A DNA stretch of 64,000 nt from Candidatus Nealsonbacteria bacterium (GTDB taxonomy: Bacteria; Patescibacteriota; Minisyncoccia; Minisyncoccales; UBA6532), in NCBI GenBank assembly GCA_016186485.1, contig JACPLN010000002.1, forward strand, positions 1,548 through 65,547, given 5' to 3'. Each line of letters opens with the position of its first letter. Within the stretch, counting starts at the first letter, position 1. The notes under the pieces are model-generated. The model made no database searches. It had not been told where the DNA came from and worked only from the letters and a program-made list of their open reading frames with translations. The translations under genes and the position numbers were made by a program. This document shows, piece after piece, positions 17,281 to 25,644 of this stretch.

Positions 17281-19974
17281 GTGAAATTACGGAAAGAAAA
17301 AGAAAATAAAGAAGAGAATGGTCCAGACGCCGGTTTTAAAACCTATTATTGGGGAAGGCATGGGTGGTTTAGGACCGTATACCATCCCCTATTGTTATTA
17401 ACAAGTAAGCACTACAGGTTTTACCGTTTCTCTCGCTTGTCGCCGGAGAAACGCAAGAAAAAAGCCGAAAAGATGGCAAAAGGATTCAGAGAAATGATTG
17501 ATTATCCTCCGGTCGGACCAGAAGACATCATAGGCCGGGAAAAGGAAATGAAAGAACTGCTTGAAGCGATACTATATCACGTTGTCAGAGACAAAGAAAC
17601 AATCAACCGCTATTCTAAAGTTCCACCGCCAAAGATATTTCTTGTAAAAGGAAGCACTGGCAGCGGGAAAACTTTTATGGTTCAGGCGGTAATGAGAGAA
17701 GCCTTTGAAAAGGGAATTGAAAACGGCGTTATAGTCAATCTAAAAACCGTAACCGTAAACGAAATCAAGACCGTATGGCAGGCAATGTCAGCCCAGCAGA
17801 TGGCCGGAATGATAGATACCGTATTGTCTTCGCCCACAATTCTCTTTTTTGACGAAGCCCAGCAATACCTGAAAGAAGACAAGATGTCTGTCGGAAACAA
17901 CCAGGATTACACAGACGCCAAAAACGTACTCTTGCAAAAACTGGACAGGCTGGAAAGAACCAATATGAGAGGCGTGGTGATATTCTCTACCGACGAGTTT
18001 GAAGCCATTTACAGCACGGCAAGAAGAAGATCAAGGACCATAGATTTGGACCAAGGAATAAAGGAAGAATACCTTGTTGAGTGCGCCAGACGCATGTGCA
18101 AAAAATACGGCATAACCAATCTTGAGCCCGAAGCCATTGTAAATGTCTTGGGGCAGAGTTTGAGAGCCGTTGGCCAATCTTCAATAACCTTTTTTGACGT
18201 TACCGACGCTTTCAGGCTGGTCTATCACGAAAAAATCCTTAACAGAAAGGTAAAAGAAGCTGTTCTGGACGATTTTGCCGATGTGGCAAAAAGAGTAAAG
18301 GCCTACAAAGAACAGGAGGTTCCCGATGTTGTAAGGGACGCTGTTCAGGCCACTTTGCCGACCGAGAGGTACAAAGATATCGGCGGACTTCACGGCGTAA
18401 AGGACGAAATCATCAGTTCAATAACCTATTGTCTTAACCCCGAACTGGCAAAACAAGTCGGCTATCAGCCGCCCAGAGGTTTCCTGTTTTATGGCCCCCC
18501 GGGCACCGGAAAAACCCTTTTAGCTAAAGCCATTGCCGGAGAATCCAAAGCCCACTTCATAACTCTAAGCGGGCCGGAAGTATTCTCCAAATGGGTTGGA
18601 GAATCGGAGAAAGTAATGAAGAGCCTGTTTGCCAGGGCAAAGATATATTCCCCAAGCATTATTTTCATTGACGAAATGGAATCAATAGCCATGGAAAGAG
18701 GGCGGAGATCAGGAGATGCAGGAGTTTCAGAAAACGTACTGGCTGTTTTGCTGAAAGAGCTTGACGGTTTCAATCCCTTGGGGCAAGTTGTCTTCATAGG
18801 AGCCACCAACAGAAAAGACATGCTTGACCCGGCTATAATAGAAAGGCTTTCAGAACAGTACGAGTTTACATATCCTAAGACATCCAAAGAAAAGAAAGAA
18901 ATTATTGAAGTCAATCTAAACAAACCGGCAGAGCTTTTGTCAAAGGAGGTAACAATAGACTCGGTATTCAAGATATTTTTGAAAAGAACCTTTTCGCCAC
19001 GGCTAGTTGCTCAAACAATCAGCCGGGCAGTGGCTAACAGAGGCAAGGAAATCTTAGCTTGCGCGGAGCTTGTCAGGGCAACAGAAGAAAAAGATTCTTC
19101 TAAAATTTCACAGATAAAAGAAGACTTTAGTCTTGCCTTTGAAAGGCTTGATAAGGTCTTTGGCAAAGAATCCAGCGAAGAAGCCAAAATAGAAAAATAC
19201 AGAGACATAGCTAAAGCCCTTAAAGACCCCCTGTATTATACCTTGACTCTAAGGCACATAGAAGAAGCGTTTGAACAAAAAGTCAGCAACGAAAACCTTA
19301 AAGAAACAAGAGAGTGGCAAAGGATTTATCGGTCAAAGGAGCCTGAAATCGGAAAAGCTTACGGACTGGCGACAGATGCTCTTGGCCAAGTAGGAAGCAT
19401 TAGCATAGTTGAGGCAAAAACCTATCCAAGATCAGACAGGCAAGAACGGATTTTAGTCTTGGGGACAGTTGATGACTCAATTAAAGATAGCGCCAAGGCA
19501 GCTGCTGAATTCCTAAGAGAGTTTTGTCCGATTGCAGACAAAGTTGACATTGATATCCACCTTATTTCAATATCCGAAGGCGTCAGCGAAGGACAGCAAA
19601 AACCATCAGGACCTTCGGCCGGAATGGCAATAACCGTGGCTTTAGCCTCAGCTTTGGGAAGGATTTCCTTGTCTCCCGATGTCTGCATGACAGGGAAGGT
19701 AGAATTGCTCAAAGCGGTAGCCGGCGCCATAGGGGGAATCCATCCAAAGTCGGGTTCCGGGAAAATAGACGTAGCGGCAGATGAAGGATTCAAGAAAGTG
19801 ATAATTCCTCAGCTTGGATACGAATACCTGAAAAGAGACTTCCCCGACTACCTGGAAGCGGTCAGAGAACGAGGCACGAAGGTAGTTGGCGCCAAAGACT
19901 TCTTTGGCTACATGGAAGCAGCCAGCTCAATAAAGGAAGAAGAGATCAAGGAGAGATTGAAAGAAGTAATTTAA
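17281..19974 (+). CDS. Chimeric AAA+ protease: P-loop module, classic-clade AAA module and Lon (S16) protease domain
   Basis: The GTG start lies 6 nt after the upstream stop, with an AGGTGA SD. Module 1 has GSTGSGKT / ILFFDEAQQY. Module 2 has GPPGTGKTLLAKAIAGES / IIFIDEMESI / ATNRKDMLDPAIIERL. The C-terminus has PSGPSAGMAITVA and GGIHPKSGSGK (Lon Ser-Lys dyad context). Confidence 0.85.
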   Translation: MKLRKEKENKEENGPDAGFKTYYWGRHGWFRTVYHPLLLLTSKHYRFYRFSRLSPEKRKKKAEKMAKGFREMIDYPPVGPEDIIGREKEMKELLEAILYHVVRDKETINRYSKVPPPKIFLVKGSTGSGKTFMVQAVMREAFEKGIENGVIVNLKTVTVNEIKTVWQAMSAQQMAGMIDTVLSSPTILFFDEAQQYLKEDKMSVGNNQDYTDAKNVLLQKLDRLERTNMRGVVIFSTDEFEAIYSTARRRSRTIDLDQGIKEEYLVECARRMCKKYGITNLEPEAIVNVLGQSLRAVGQSSITFFDVTDAFRLVYHEKILNRKVKEAVLDDFADVAKRVKAYKEQEVPDVVRDAVQATLPTERYKDIGGLHGVKDEIISSITYCLNPELAKQVGYQPPRGFLFYGPPGTGKTLLAKAIAGESKAHFITLSGPEVFSKWVGESEKVMKSLFARAKIYSPSIIFIDEMESIAMERGRRSGDAGVSENVLAVLLKELDGFNPLGQVVFIGATNRKDMLDPAIIERLSEQYEFTYPKTSKEKKEIIEVNLNKPAELLSKEVTIDSVFKIFLKRTFSPRLVAQTISRAVANRGKEILACAELVRATEEKDSSKISQIKEDFSLAFERLDKVFGKESSEEAKIEKYRDIAKALKDPLYYTLTLRHIEEAFEQKVSNENLKETREWQRIYRSKEPEIGKAYGLATDALGQVGSISIVEAKTYPRSDRQERILVLGTVDDSIKDSAKAAAEFLREFCPIADKVDIDIHLISISEGVSEGQQKPSGPSAGMAITVALASALGRISLSPDVCMTGKVELLKAVAGAIGGIHPKSGSGKIDVAADEGFKKVIIPQLGYEYLKRDFPDYLEAVRERGTKVVGAKDFFGYMEAASSIKEEEIKERLKEVI

Positions 19975-19986
19975 AATCGACCATTA

Positions 19987-20020
19987 GGACCCAGAGAAAA
20001 ACCCTGGGCCTTTTCTTTTT
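19987..20020 (+). terminator. Rho-independent terminator after the AAA-Lon gene
   Basis: Stem GGACCCAG/CTGGGCC (7 bp with one bulge) followed by TTTTCTTTTT. Confidence 0.6.
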
Positions 20021-20048
20021 GATAGAATTTATTTATAGTTTAATAATA

Positions 20049-21251
20049 ATGGAGAATTTAATTAAGAAACTTATTCCCCCTTTTTTGTTAGACTGGTATC
20101 ATTATTGCCTTGCACTACTGGGTGCAATTTTTTATAGATTTCCTTCCAGAGGCCTAAAAGTTATTGGTGTCACCGGTACCAACGGAAAGTCAACCGTTGT
20201 AGAAATGATATCTAAAATTCTGAGAGAAGCAGAATATAAAGTAGCTTCAATTTCTTCAATCCAATTTAAAATAGGAGATAGAGTTTGGCCCAATAATTTA
20301 AAAATGACTATGCCTGGCCGCTTTAAACTTCAAAAGTTTTTAAGGCAGGCAGTTAATTCAGGGTGCCAATACGCGGTTTTGGAAGTTACTTCCGAAGGCA
20401 TAAAACAGCACCGCCACAGATTTATTGATTTTGACACAGCGGTTTTTACAAACTTGACACCAGAGCACATTGAGAGGCACGGAGGATTTGAGGAATACAA
20501 AAGAGCCAAGGGAGAGCTTTTTCAAATTACTAAAGAAACGCATATTATTAACCTTGACGATAAAAACAGCGGCTATTTTTGGCAGTTTCCGGCGAAAAAT
20601 AAGATAGGCTACAGCATAAATGATTTTTCTAAATTCCAGCCCCTGAAATTAAGGCTGTTAGGAAAATTCAATGCCTATAACGCAATAGCAGCGATTAAAG
20701 CCGGCTTATCGCAAGGGGTAAGCCTGGAAATATGCAAGAGGGCCTTGGAAAAGATGGAAGTGGTGCCGGGGAGAATGGAAACAGTCATAAAAGAGCCCTT
20801 TGCGGTAATTGTTGATTATGCCCATACGCCCGATGCTTTGCGCAAAGTCTACGAAACCTTAACCGCAAATAATCAACTAATTTGCGTGTTAGGGGCGGCT
20901 GGAGGGGGGAGGGATAAATGGAAAAGGCCCGAGCTTGGCAGAATTGCAGCCCAATATTGTGATCAAATTATTCTAACCAACGAAGACCCATACGATGAAA
21001 TTCCAGAAAAGATTATAGAAGAAATTTTTTCTGGAATTTCAACCCCAAATCTTAAAGGTCAAATCTCAAAAGTCTATAAAATTTTGGATAGACGCGAAGC
21101 TATTAGAGAAGCCCTGAAATCGGCTCAATCCGGAGATATGGTTATAATTACCGGCAAGGGGTCTGAACCGTGGATGTGCTTAGCCCGAGATATAAAAATC
21201 CCCTGGGATGACAGGGAAATTGTCAGAGAAGAAATAAAAAAGCAACCATAG
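20049..21251 (+). CDS. murE: Mur ligase, MurE-like (UDP-MurNAc-L-Ala-D-Glu:diamino acid ligase), short N-terminus
   Basis: VIGVTGTNGKST, LEVTSEGIKQHR, FTNLTPEHIERHG and DYAHTPDAL. It lacks the usual ~90-aa N-terminal UDP-binding domain and is not in a dcw cluster here. Confidence 0.8.
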   Translation: MENLIKKLIPPFLLDWYHYCLALLGAIFYRFPSRGLKVIGVTGTNGKSTVVEMISKILREAEYKVASISSIQFKIGDRVWPNNLKMTMPGRFKLQKFLRQAVNSGCQYAVLEVTSEGIKQHRHRFIDFDTAVFTNLTPEHIERHGGFEEYKRAKGELFQITKETHIINLDDKNSGYFWQFPAKNKIGYSINDFSKFQPLKLRLLGKFNAYNAIAAIKAGLSQGVSLEICKRALEKMEVVPGRMETVIKEPFAVIVDYAHTPDALRKVYETLTANNQLICVLGAAGGGRDKWKRPELGRIAAQYCDQIILTNEDPYDEIPEKIIEEIFSGISTPNLKGQISKVYKILDRREAIREALKSAQSGDMVIITGKGSEPWMCLARDIKIPWDDREIVREEIKKQP

Positions 21252-21256
21252 GTTGC

Positions 21257-22915
21257 TTATTTCTCAAGATAGGCAGGCGCAAAATCCCCGGGTTTTTGAT
21301 GAGAAAGGCTTATTGTTCTCGGTATAACCCATCTGTACAGGTTTATTTTTGAACCGGCTTTGTCATCGGTGCCGGATTTCCTCGCGCCGCCGAACGGTTG
21401 CTGGCCGACAACGGCTCCGGTTGTTTTCCAGTCGTAAACATTGCCCGCTGCGTATCGGAGCGCATCTAATCCTTCGCATAGACTGAATACGTCTTTAGTG
21501 TTTATTGCGCCGGTCAACCCATACTCGCTTGCTCTGTCACATAGTTTGAGCGTTTCTTCAAATCCATTTTTATCAAGCAAGCAGACAGTAACCACCGGAC
21601 CGAAAATCTCTTTTTTCATTGTTCGGTAGCAAGGATTTTTAGTGACAATTACGGCGGGACCAATAAACCAGCCGACAGAATTAGCGCATTCGCCGCCCAA
21701 AACCTCAATCACTCTTTCGTTTACAAAGCGATCTGTTTTTGCTGTGTTAATATATTCTAAAATCTTAGAGTATTCGGCTTCGCTGATAATCGCTCCCATG
21801 AAGTTTTTGAAATCTTTAACATCGCCAACTTTTATTAACTCAATGAATTCCATCAGTTTCGGCCTTACTCTCCGCCACATTTCTTCAGAGATATAGACTC
21901 TGGAGGTTGCAGAACATTTTCTCCCTTGGTAGCCGAATCCCCCAACGACAATTGAAGCAGCCGCTACTTTAGGGTCTTCGTCGTCGCAAACAACCAAGAA
22001 GTCTTTTCCGCCTGTTTCTCCTACAGCTGACCTGTGAGGATAGCTTTTATATGTGTTGTTTCCAGTGTTCTCGCCGACCTTTTTCACTATCCAGTTGAAA
22101 ACATCGGTGCTGCCGGTAAAATGGATGCCGGCAAGATCCGGGCTGTCAAGCAGTATTTTTCCAATCATTTCGCTGTCTCCGTTAACCACCGAAAGAGTTT
22201 CCTTCGGCAGGCCTGCTTCATAAAGGATATTAAGAATAGGGTAGAAAGCGGCAACCGTATCGCGGGCTGGTTTGCAAACAACTACATTTCCCATCGTTAA
22301 AGGAGCTGTAGGCAGGTTGCCGGCAATGCTGATGAAGTTGTTGGGCGGCAAAGCGGCGACAAATCCTTCAAGGGGCCGCCAGTCGGTAAAATTGAAGTTG
22401 TAAGGGAGAGTGTCTGGCTGTTCTTTGTAGATTAGATAAGCGTAATAGGCGTTGAAATTCCAGAAATCAACCAATTCGCATACGTCAATCATCGCTTCGT
22501 AAGGATTCTTTGAGTAGTTTTCCATTGTAACCGCTGTTAATTCATAGAAATATTTTGTCTGCAAAAGGTAAGCCGCTTTTCTGAATATGTTAAGGCGCAT
22601 GAACCAATCTAGTTCCCGCCACTTTTTTCTGGCGCACAAAACTGATTTTATAGCGTCAAAAACATGGTCGCTGTTTGCCTTAGAATATTTAGCTAAAATT
22701 CTTTGATGGTTGTGGGGAACAACGCAATCCCCAAGGTCATCCGTAACAATTTCTTCCCCGCCTATTAAAAGCGGAAGGACTGTATTTTTGGATCTTGCGC
22801 ATTCTAATTTCCAAAGCGCTTCTTTCAAGAGCATTCTTTCTTTTGTTTCCGGGGCAAAAGACACCATAGGGGCGTTTTGAGGTTTTGGGATTTCAGGAAT
22901 ACCGTCAATTTTCAA
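21257..22915 (-). CDS. L-glutamate gamma-semialdehyde (1-pyrroline-5-carboxylate) dehydrogenase, ALDH4-type
   Basis: The ALDH superfamily with VGETGGKDF, the catalytic Cys context GYQGRKCSATSR, EIFGPV, and VCELVDFWNFNAYYA (compare ELIDFFRFN of ALDH4). TTG start with AAGGTGA upstream. Confidence 0.8.
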   Translation of the reverse strand: MKIDGIPEIPKPQNAPMVSFAPETKERMLLKEALWKLECARSKNTVLPLLIGGEEIVTDDLGDCVVPHNHQRILAKYSKANSDHVFDAIKSVLCARKKWRELDWFMRLNIFRKAAYLLQTKYFYELTAVTMENYSKNPYEAMIDVCELVDFWNFNAYYAYLIYKEQPDTLPYNFNFTDWRPLEGFVAALPPNNFISIAGNLPTAPLTMGNVVVCKPARDTVAAFYPILNILYEAGLPKETLSVVNGDSEMIGKILLDSPDLAGIHFTGSTDVFNWIVKKVGENTGNNTYKSYPHRSAVGETGGKDFLVVCDDEDPKVAAASIVVGGFGYQGRKCSATSRVYISEEMWRRVRPKLMEFIELIKVGDVKDFKNFMGAIISEAEYSKILEYINTAKTDRFVNERVIEVLGGECANSVGWFIGPAVIVTKNPCYRTMKKEIFGPVVTVCLLDKNGFEETLKLCDRASEYGLTGAINTKDVFSLCEGLDALRYAAGNVYDWKTTGAVVGQQPFGGARKSGTDDKAGSKINLYRWVIPRTISLSHQKPGDFAPAYLEK

Positions 22916-23146
22916 GGAACATTTTCACCTTGTCTATATTAAAAAAAAGCAAAGATAAGTCAAGCCGGCGCTTGATTTTCCCCTAATAATTTTTATAATA
23001 CATCAGTCCATTGAAAATCTTGAAACGTTTGGTTTTTCTGTTTTTGGAACATTATTTTTCTTTAGTCCATCTTTTGTGCAGAGAACAGCTTTTTAATTAG
23101 TGACAAAATAGTCACTTTTTTTGTTCTACTCTATAATATAAAGAGT

Positions 23147-23551
23147 ATGAAAAAATATGAGATTTTACCGCATGCGGCAGATTTACAGATTAAAGTTTTT
23201 GGCAAAACCAAAGAAGAACTTTTTTTAAACGCTCTTTTTGCAATGGGAGAGCAACAGCAGGCTCAGCCTGCAAAAGAAGCTGTTATAGAGCGCGATATTG
23301 AGATAAAATCTATTGATTCGGAAGCTCTTTTGGTGGATTTTTTAAGCGAGGCCCTATACTTGAGCCAGGTCAACAAGGAATCATATTTTGACGCAAAATT
23401 TGATAAATTTTCAGACACGGGTCTTTCCGGGAAAATATTCGGCAGAAAGGCAAAGAGTTTCGGCGAGGACATAAAGGCAGTGACTTTTCATCGGCTGAAA
23501 ATCGAGAAAAAGAGCGGTATTTTCGAAACACTAATTGTTTTTGATATTTAA
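23147..23551 (+). CDS. Archease (RtcB activator)
   Basis: MKKYEILPHAADLQIKVFGKTKEELF at the N-terminus and C-terminal IKAVTFHRL; 134 aa, a typical archease. Confidence 0.85.
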   Translation: MKKYEILPHAADLQIKVFGKTKEELFLNALFAMGEQQQAQPAKEAVIERDIEIKSIDSEALLVDFLSEALYLSQVNKESYFDAKFDKFSDTGLSGKIFGRKAKSFGEDIKAVTFHRLKIEKKSGIFETLIVFDI

Positions 23552-23589
23552 CTACGCATAATTATAGCGATGCTATCCAAAAAGAAAAA

Positions 23590-23619
23590 CCCTGTTATTG
23601 GTATAATCCAATAATAGGG
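23590..23619 (-). terminator. Terminator hairpin between archease and the opposite-strand micro-gene
   Basis: A 12-bp stem CCCTGTTATTGG/CCAATAATAGGG with one mismatch and loop TATAAT. The T-run (TTTTTCTTTTT) is on the minus strand only. Confidence 0.6.
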
Positions 23620-23649
23620 CTTCAAACATATTACGATAGCGACTTCCTG

Positions 23650-23838
23650 CTAAAAGTTAACTACTCTCTTTATTAAAGCCATGAGCCCAATCCAGAGCGC
23701 AACCCCAAGTCCAACCAAGATTCCAATTATGAGCATAGTTCCGAGTCCAGCCATGAGTCCAGTTGTAAGTCCAGCCACGAATCCAGCCTCGAGTCCAATC
23801 GCGATTCCAGTCACGAGTCCAATCGCGATTCCAGCCAC
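23650..23838 (-). CDS. Hypothetical glycine-zipper membrane micro-protein (62 aa from GTG; possibly 76 aa from an SD-proximal ATA at 23880)
   Basis: (G-[LIF]-x-x) is repeated about 9 times: AGIAIGLVTGIAIGLEAGFVAGLTTGLMAGLG. A minus-strand terminator lies downstream. The strong SD GAGGTG (23888-23893) is 7 nt before an in-frame ATA, not before the GTG. Confidence 0.45.
   Translation of the reverse strand: MAGIAIGLVTGIAIGLEAGFVAGLTTGLMAGLGTMLIIGILVGLGVALWIGLMALIKRVVNF
23790..23837. repeat. Tandem 2 x 24-nt repeat within a longer 12-nt periodic tract
   Basis: CGAGTCCAATCGCGATTCCAGTCA / CGAGTCCAATCGCGATTCCAGCCA differ by one position. The 12-nt periodicity extends from about 23700. Confidence 0.85.
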
Positions 23839-24052
23839 GATAATAATCGCGAGTACAAATCCAACAAATTCTTCGTTTATGTCATATCACCTCATTAACT
23901 TCTTTTTTTGTATTCATCCTACTCACACACATATTCAGTTTTCAACCCTCTAAAAAAGAGATTATCATTATCTACAAAATCTGTCAAGGGCACGATTTTG
24001 ATTATCAAACACTTTGAATTTCAGATCTTTTAAGTGTAAAATATATTGAAGT

Positions 24053-25495
24053 ATGGTTTCTAAAAAAGACTTCCGAAAAATTAATGATTACCTATGGGAG
24101 ATTCCCAAAACCTTTAGGCACGATATGCGAGTTCCCGTCCGCGCTTATGTTTCGGAAAAAATGCTTGAGGCCAGCTTTAAAGATAGGTCTCTTGAACAGC
24201 TGGTAAATATCGCCAGCTTGCCCGGGATAGAAAAATACGCATTGGCAATGCCCGATATGCACGAGGGATACGGTTTTCCCATAGGGGGAGTAGCGGCAAC
24301 TAGGGTTTCAGACGGAGTAATTTCGCCGGGAGGAATCGGTTATGACCAAAATTGCGGAGTCAGATTGTTGAAATCAGAGCAAACAGAAAAAGAAATAAGG
24401 CCCCAGTTGGATAGATTAGCTTCAGAAATTCAAAAGGAGGTGCCATCTGGGTTGGGACGGGGCAGGCAGATAAAGCTGAGCATAAAACAGATAGATGAAA
24501 TTCTTGAAGGAGGAGCGCCAAAGCTGGTGGAGTGGGGATACGGAGAAAAAGAGGATATTGAAAACTGCGAAGCAGGAGGGAAACTTGTTCTGGCAGATGC
24601 TAATTTGGTTTCAGGTCGCGCTAAAAACCGCGGCAGGGATCAGGTGGGAACCTTGGGTTCTGGCAATCATTTCGCCGAGATCCAGAAAGTTGAAACGATT
24701 TTTAACGAAGAGGCCGCCAAAACTTTTGGGCTATTCAAAGATCAGGCGGTGGTAATGGTTCATACCGGATCTCGCGGGCTCGGCCACCAGAATTGTACTG
24801 ATTATTTAAGGACAATAGACAGAGCTATTGAAAAATATAAGATCAGGATTCCCGATAGAGAATTAGCCTGCGTTCCTTTTAATTCCCCGGAGGGCCAGAA
24901 TTTTTTTAAAGCAATGTGCGCCGGAGCTAATTTTGCCTGGGCCAACCGCCACATGATAACTTTCTATATCAGAATGGCCTGGCAGTCTGTTCTGGGAGGA
25001 AAAACAGGCCTTAAGCTTCTTTACGATGTTGCTCACAACATTGCCAAGGTTGAAAGCTATGAAGTTGATGGAAAGGAAATCGAGCTTTGCGTGCATAGAA
25101 AAGGGGCTACAAGAGCTTTGCCGCCAGGGCATCCTGAAATTCCGGAAAAATATAGAGAAACTGGCCAGCCGGTTTTGATCCCGGGTTCCATGGGAACAGC
25201 CTCTTATGTTTTGGCCGGCACGAAAAAATCCGAAGAAGCTTGGCATACTGTTTGCCATGGGGCAGGGAGAACGATGTCCCGCCACCAGGCGCTGAGGATG
25301 GTTACCGGCCAGGAGGTGATCAGAAGTTTGGCAAAAAAAGGAATTATTGTTAAGTGTCAGAGCCAGAGAGGCGTTGCTGAGGAGGCTCCATTGGCTTACA
25401 AAGACGTTGATTCTGTTGTTAATGTAGTTCATAATGCAAGATTGGCAGATAGAGTAGCAAGATTAGTTCCCCTTGCTGTAATAAAGGGTGAATAG
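24053..25495 (+). CDS. rtcB: RNA-splicing/repair ligase RtcB
   Basis: PDMHEGYGFPIGGVAA, GGIGYDQNCGVR, GSGNHFAE, HTGSRGLGHQ and CHGAGR, the complete RtcB metal/GTP-binding signature. Confidence 0.92.
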   Translation: MVSKKDFRKINDYLWEIPKTFRHDMRVPVRAYVSEKMLEASFKDRSLEQLVNIASLPGIEKYALAMPDMHEGYGFPIGGVAATRVSDGVISPGGIGYDQNCGVRLLKSEQTEKEIRPQLDRLASEIQKEVPSGLGRGRQIKLSIKQIDEILEGGAPKLVEWGYGEKEDIENCEAGGKLVLADANLVSGRAKNRGRDQVGTLGSGNHFAEIQKVETIFNEEAAKTFGLFKDQAVVMVHTGSRGLGHQNCTDYLRTIDRAIEKYKIRIPDRELACVPFNSPEGQNFFKAMCAGANFAWANRHMITFYIRMAWQSVLGGKTGLKLLYDVAHNIAKVESYEVDGKEIELCVHRKGATRALPPGHPEIPEKYRETGQPVLIPGSMGTASYVLAGTKKSEEAWHTVCHGAGRTMSRHQALRMVTGQEVIRSLAKKGIIVKCQSQRGVAEEAPLAYKDVDSVVNVVHNARLADRVARLVPLAVIKGE

Positions 25496-25500
25496 GATGC

Positions 25501-25644
25501 ATGATGAAAAAAATTCCAAAATCAACAAGAAAATTTATCAGAAAAGAAAAAGCCCGGATTCGCCGGGAAGTTTTAGATTTGAAAGAACAGAAAAAATCAA
25601 TTAACGAGCTCTATCAAAAATTTAAAAAAGATGTTCAAGGTTAA
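25501..25644 (+). CDS. Hypothetical 47-aa lysine/arginine-rich micro-protein ([47 protein letters not shown])
   Basis: Hand-translated. It starts 6 nt after the rtcB stop, with GGTGAATAGGA upstream, and its 3' end overlaps the ahcY start by 14 nt. It is below the ORF-track cutoff. Confidence 0.3.
   Translation: MMKKIPKSTRKFIRKEKARIRREVLDLKEQKKSINELYQKFKKDVQG

Noticed and set aside
17281-19974. The AAA-Lon protein as BrxL of a BREX-type defence system.
   Set aside because: No PglX methyltransferase, PglZ, BrxA, BrxB or BrxC-like genes are nearby. The neighbours are membrane proteins and housekeeping genes.
22916-23000. The hairpin TCAAGC-CGGC-GCTTGA followed by TTTT, as an orphan plus-strand terminator.
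   Set aside because: On the minus strand the same region supplies a good TTGACT-16-TAATAT promoter for the P5C dehydrogenase gene. The hairpin overlaps the -35 element, so the promoter context is the simpler explanation.
23681-23953. A 90-aa Ser/Pro-rich plus-strand ORF over the 12-nt repeat tract.
   Set aside because: It is the mirror reading of the glycine-zipper repeats. It has no SD, and the adjacent terminator has its T-run on the minus strand. It was kept only as an alternative inside the finding.
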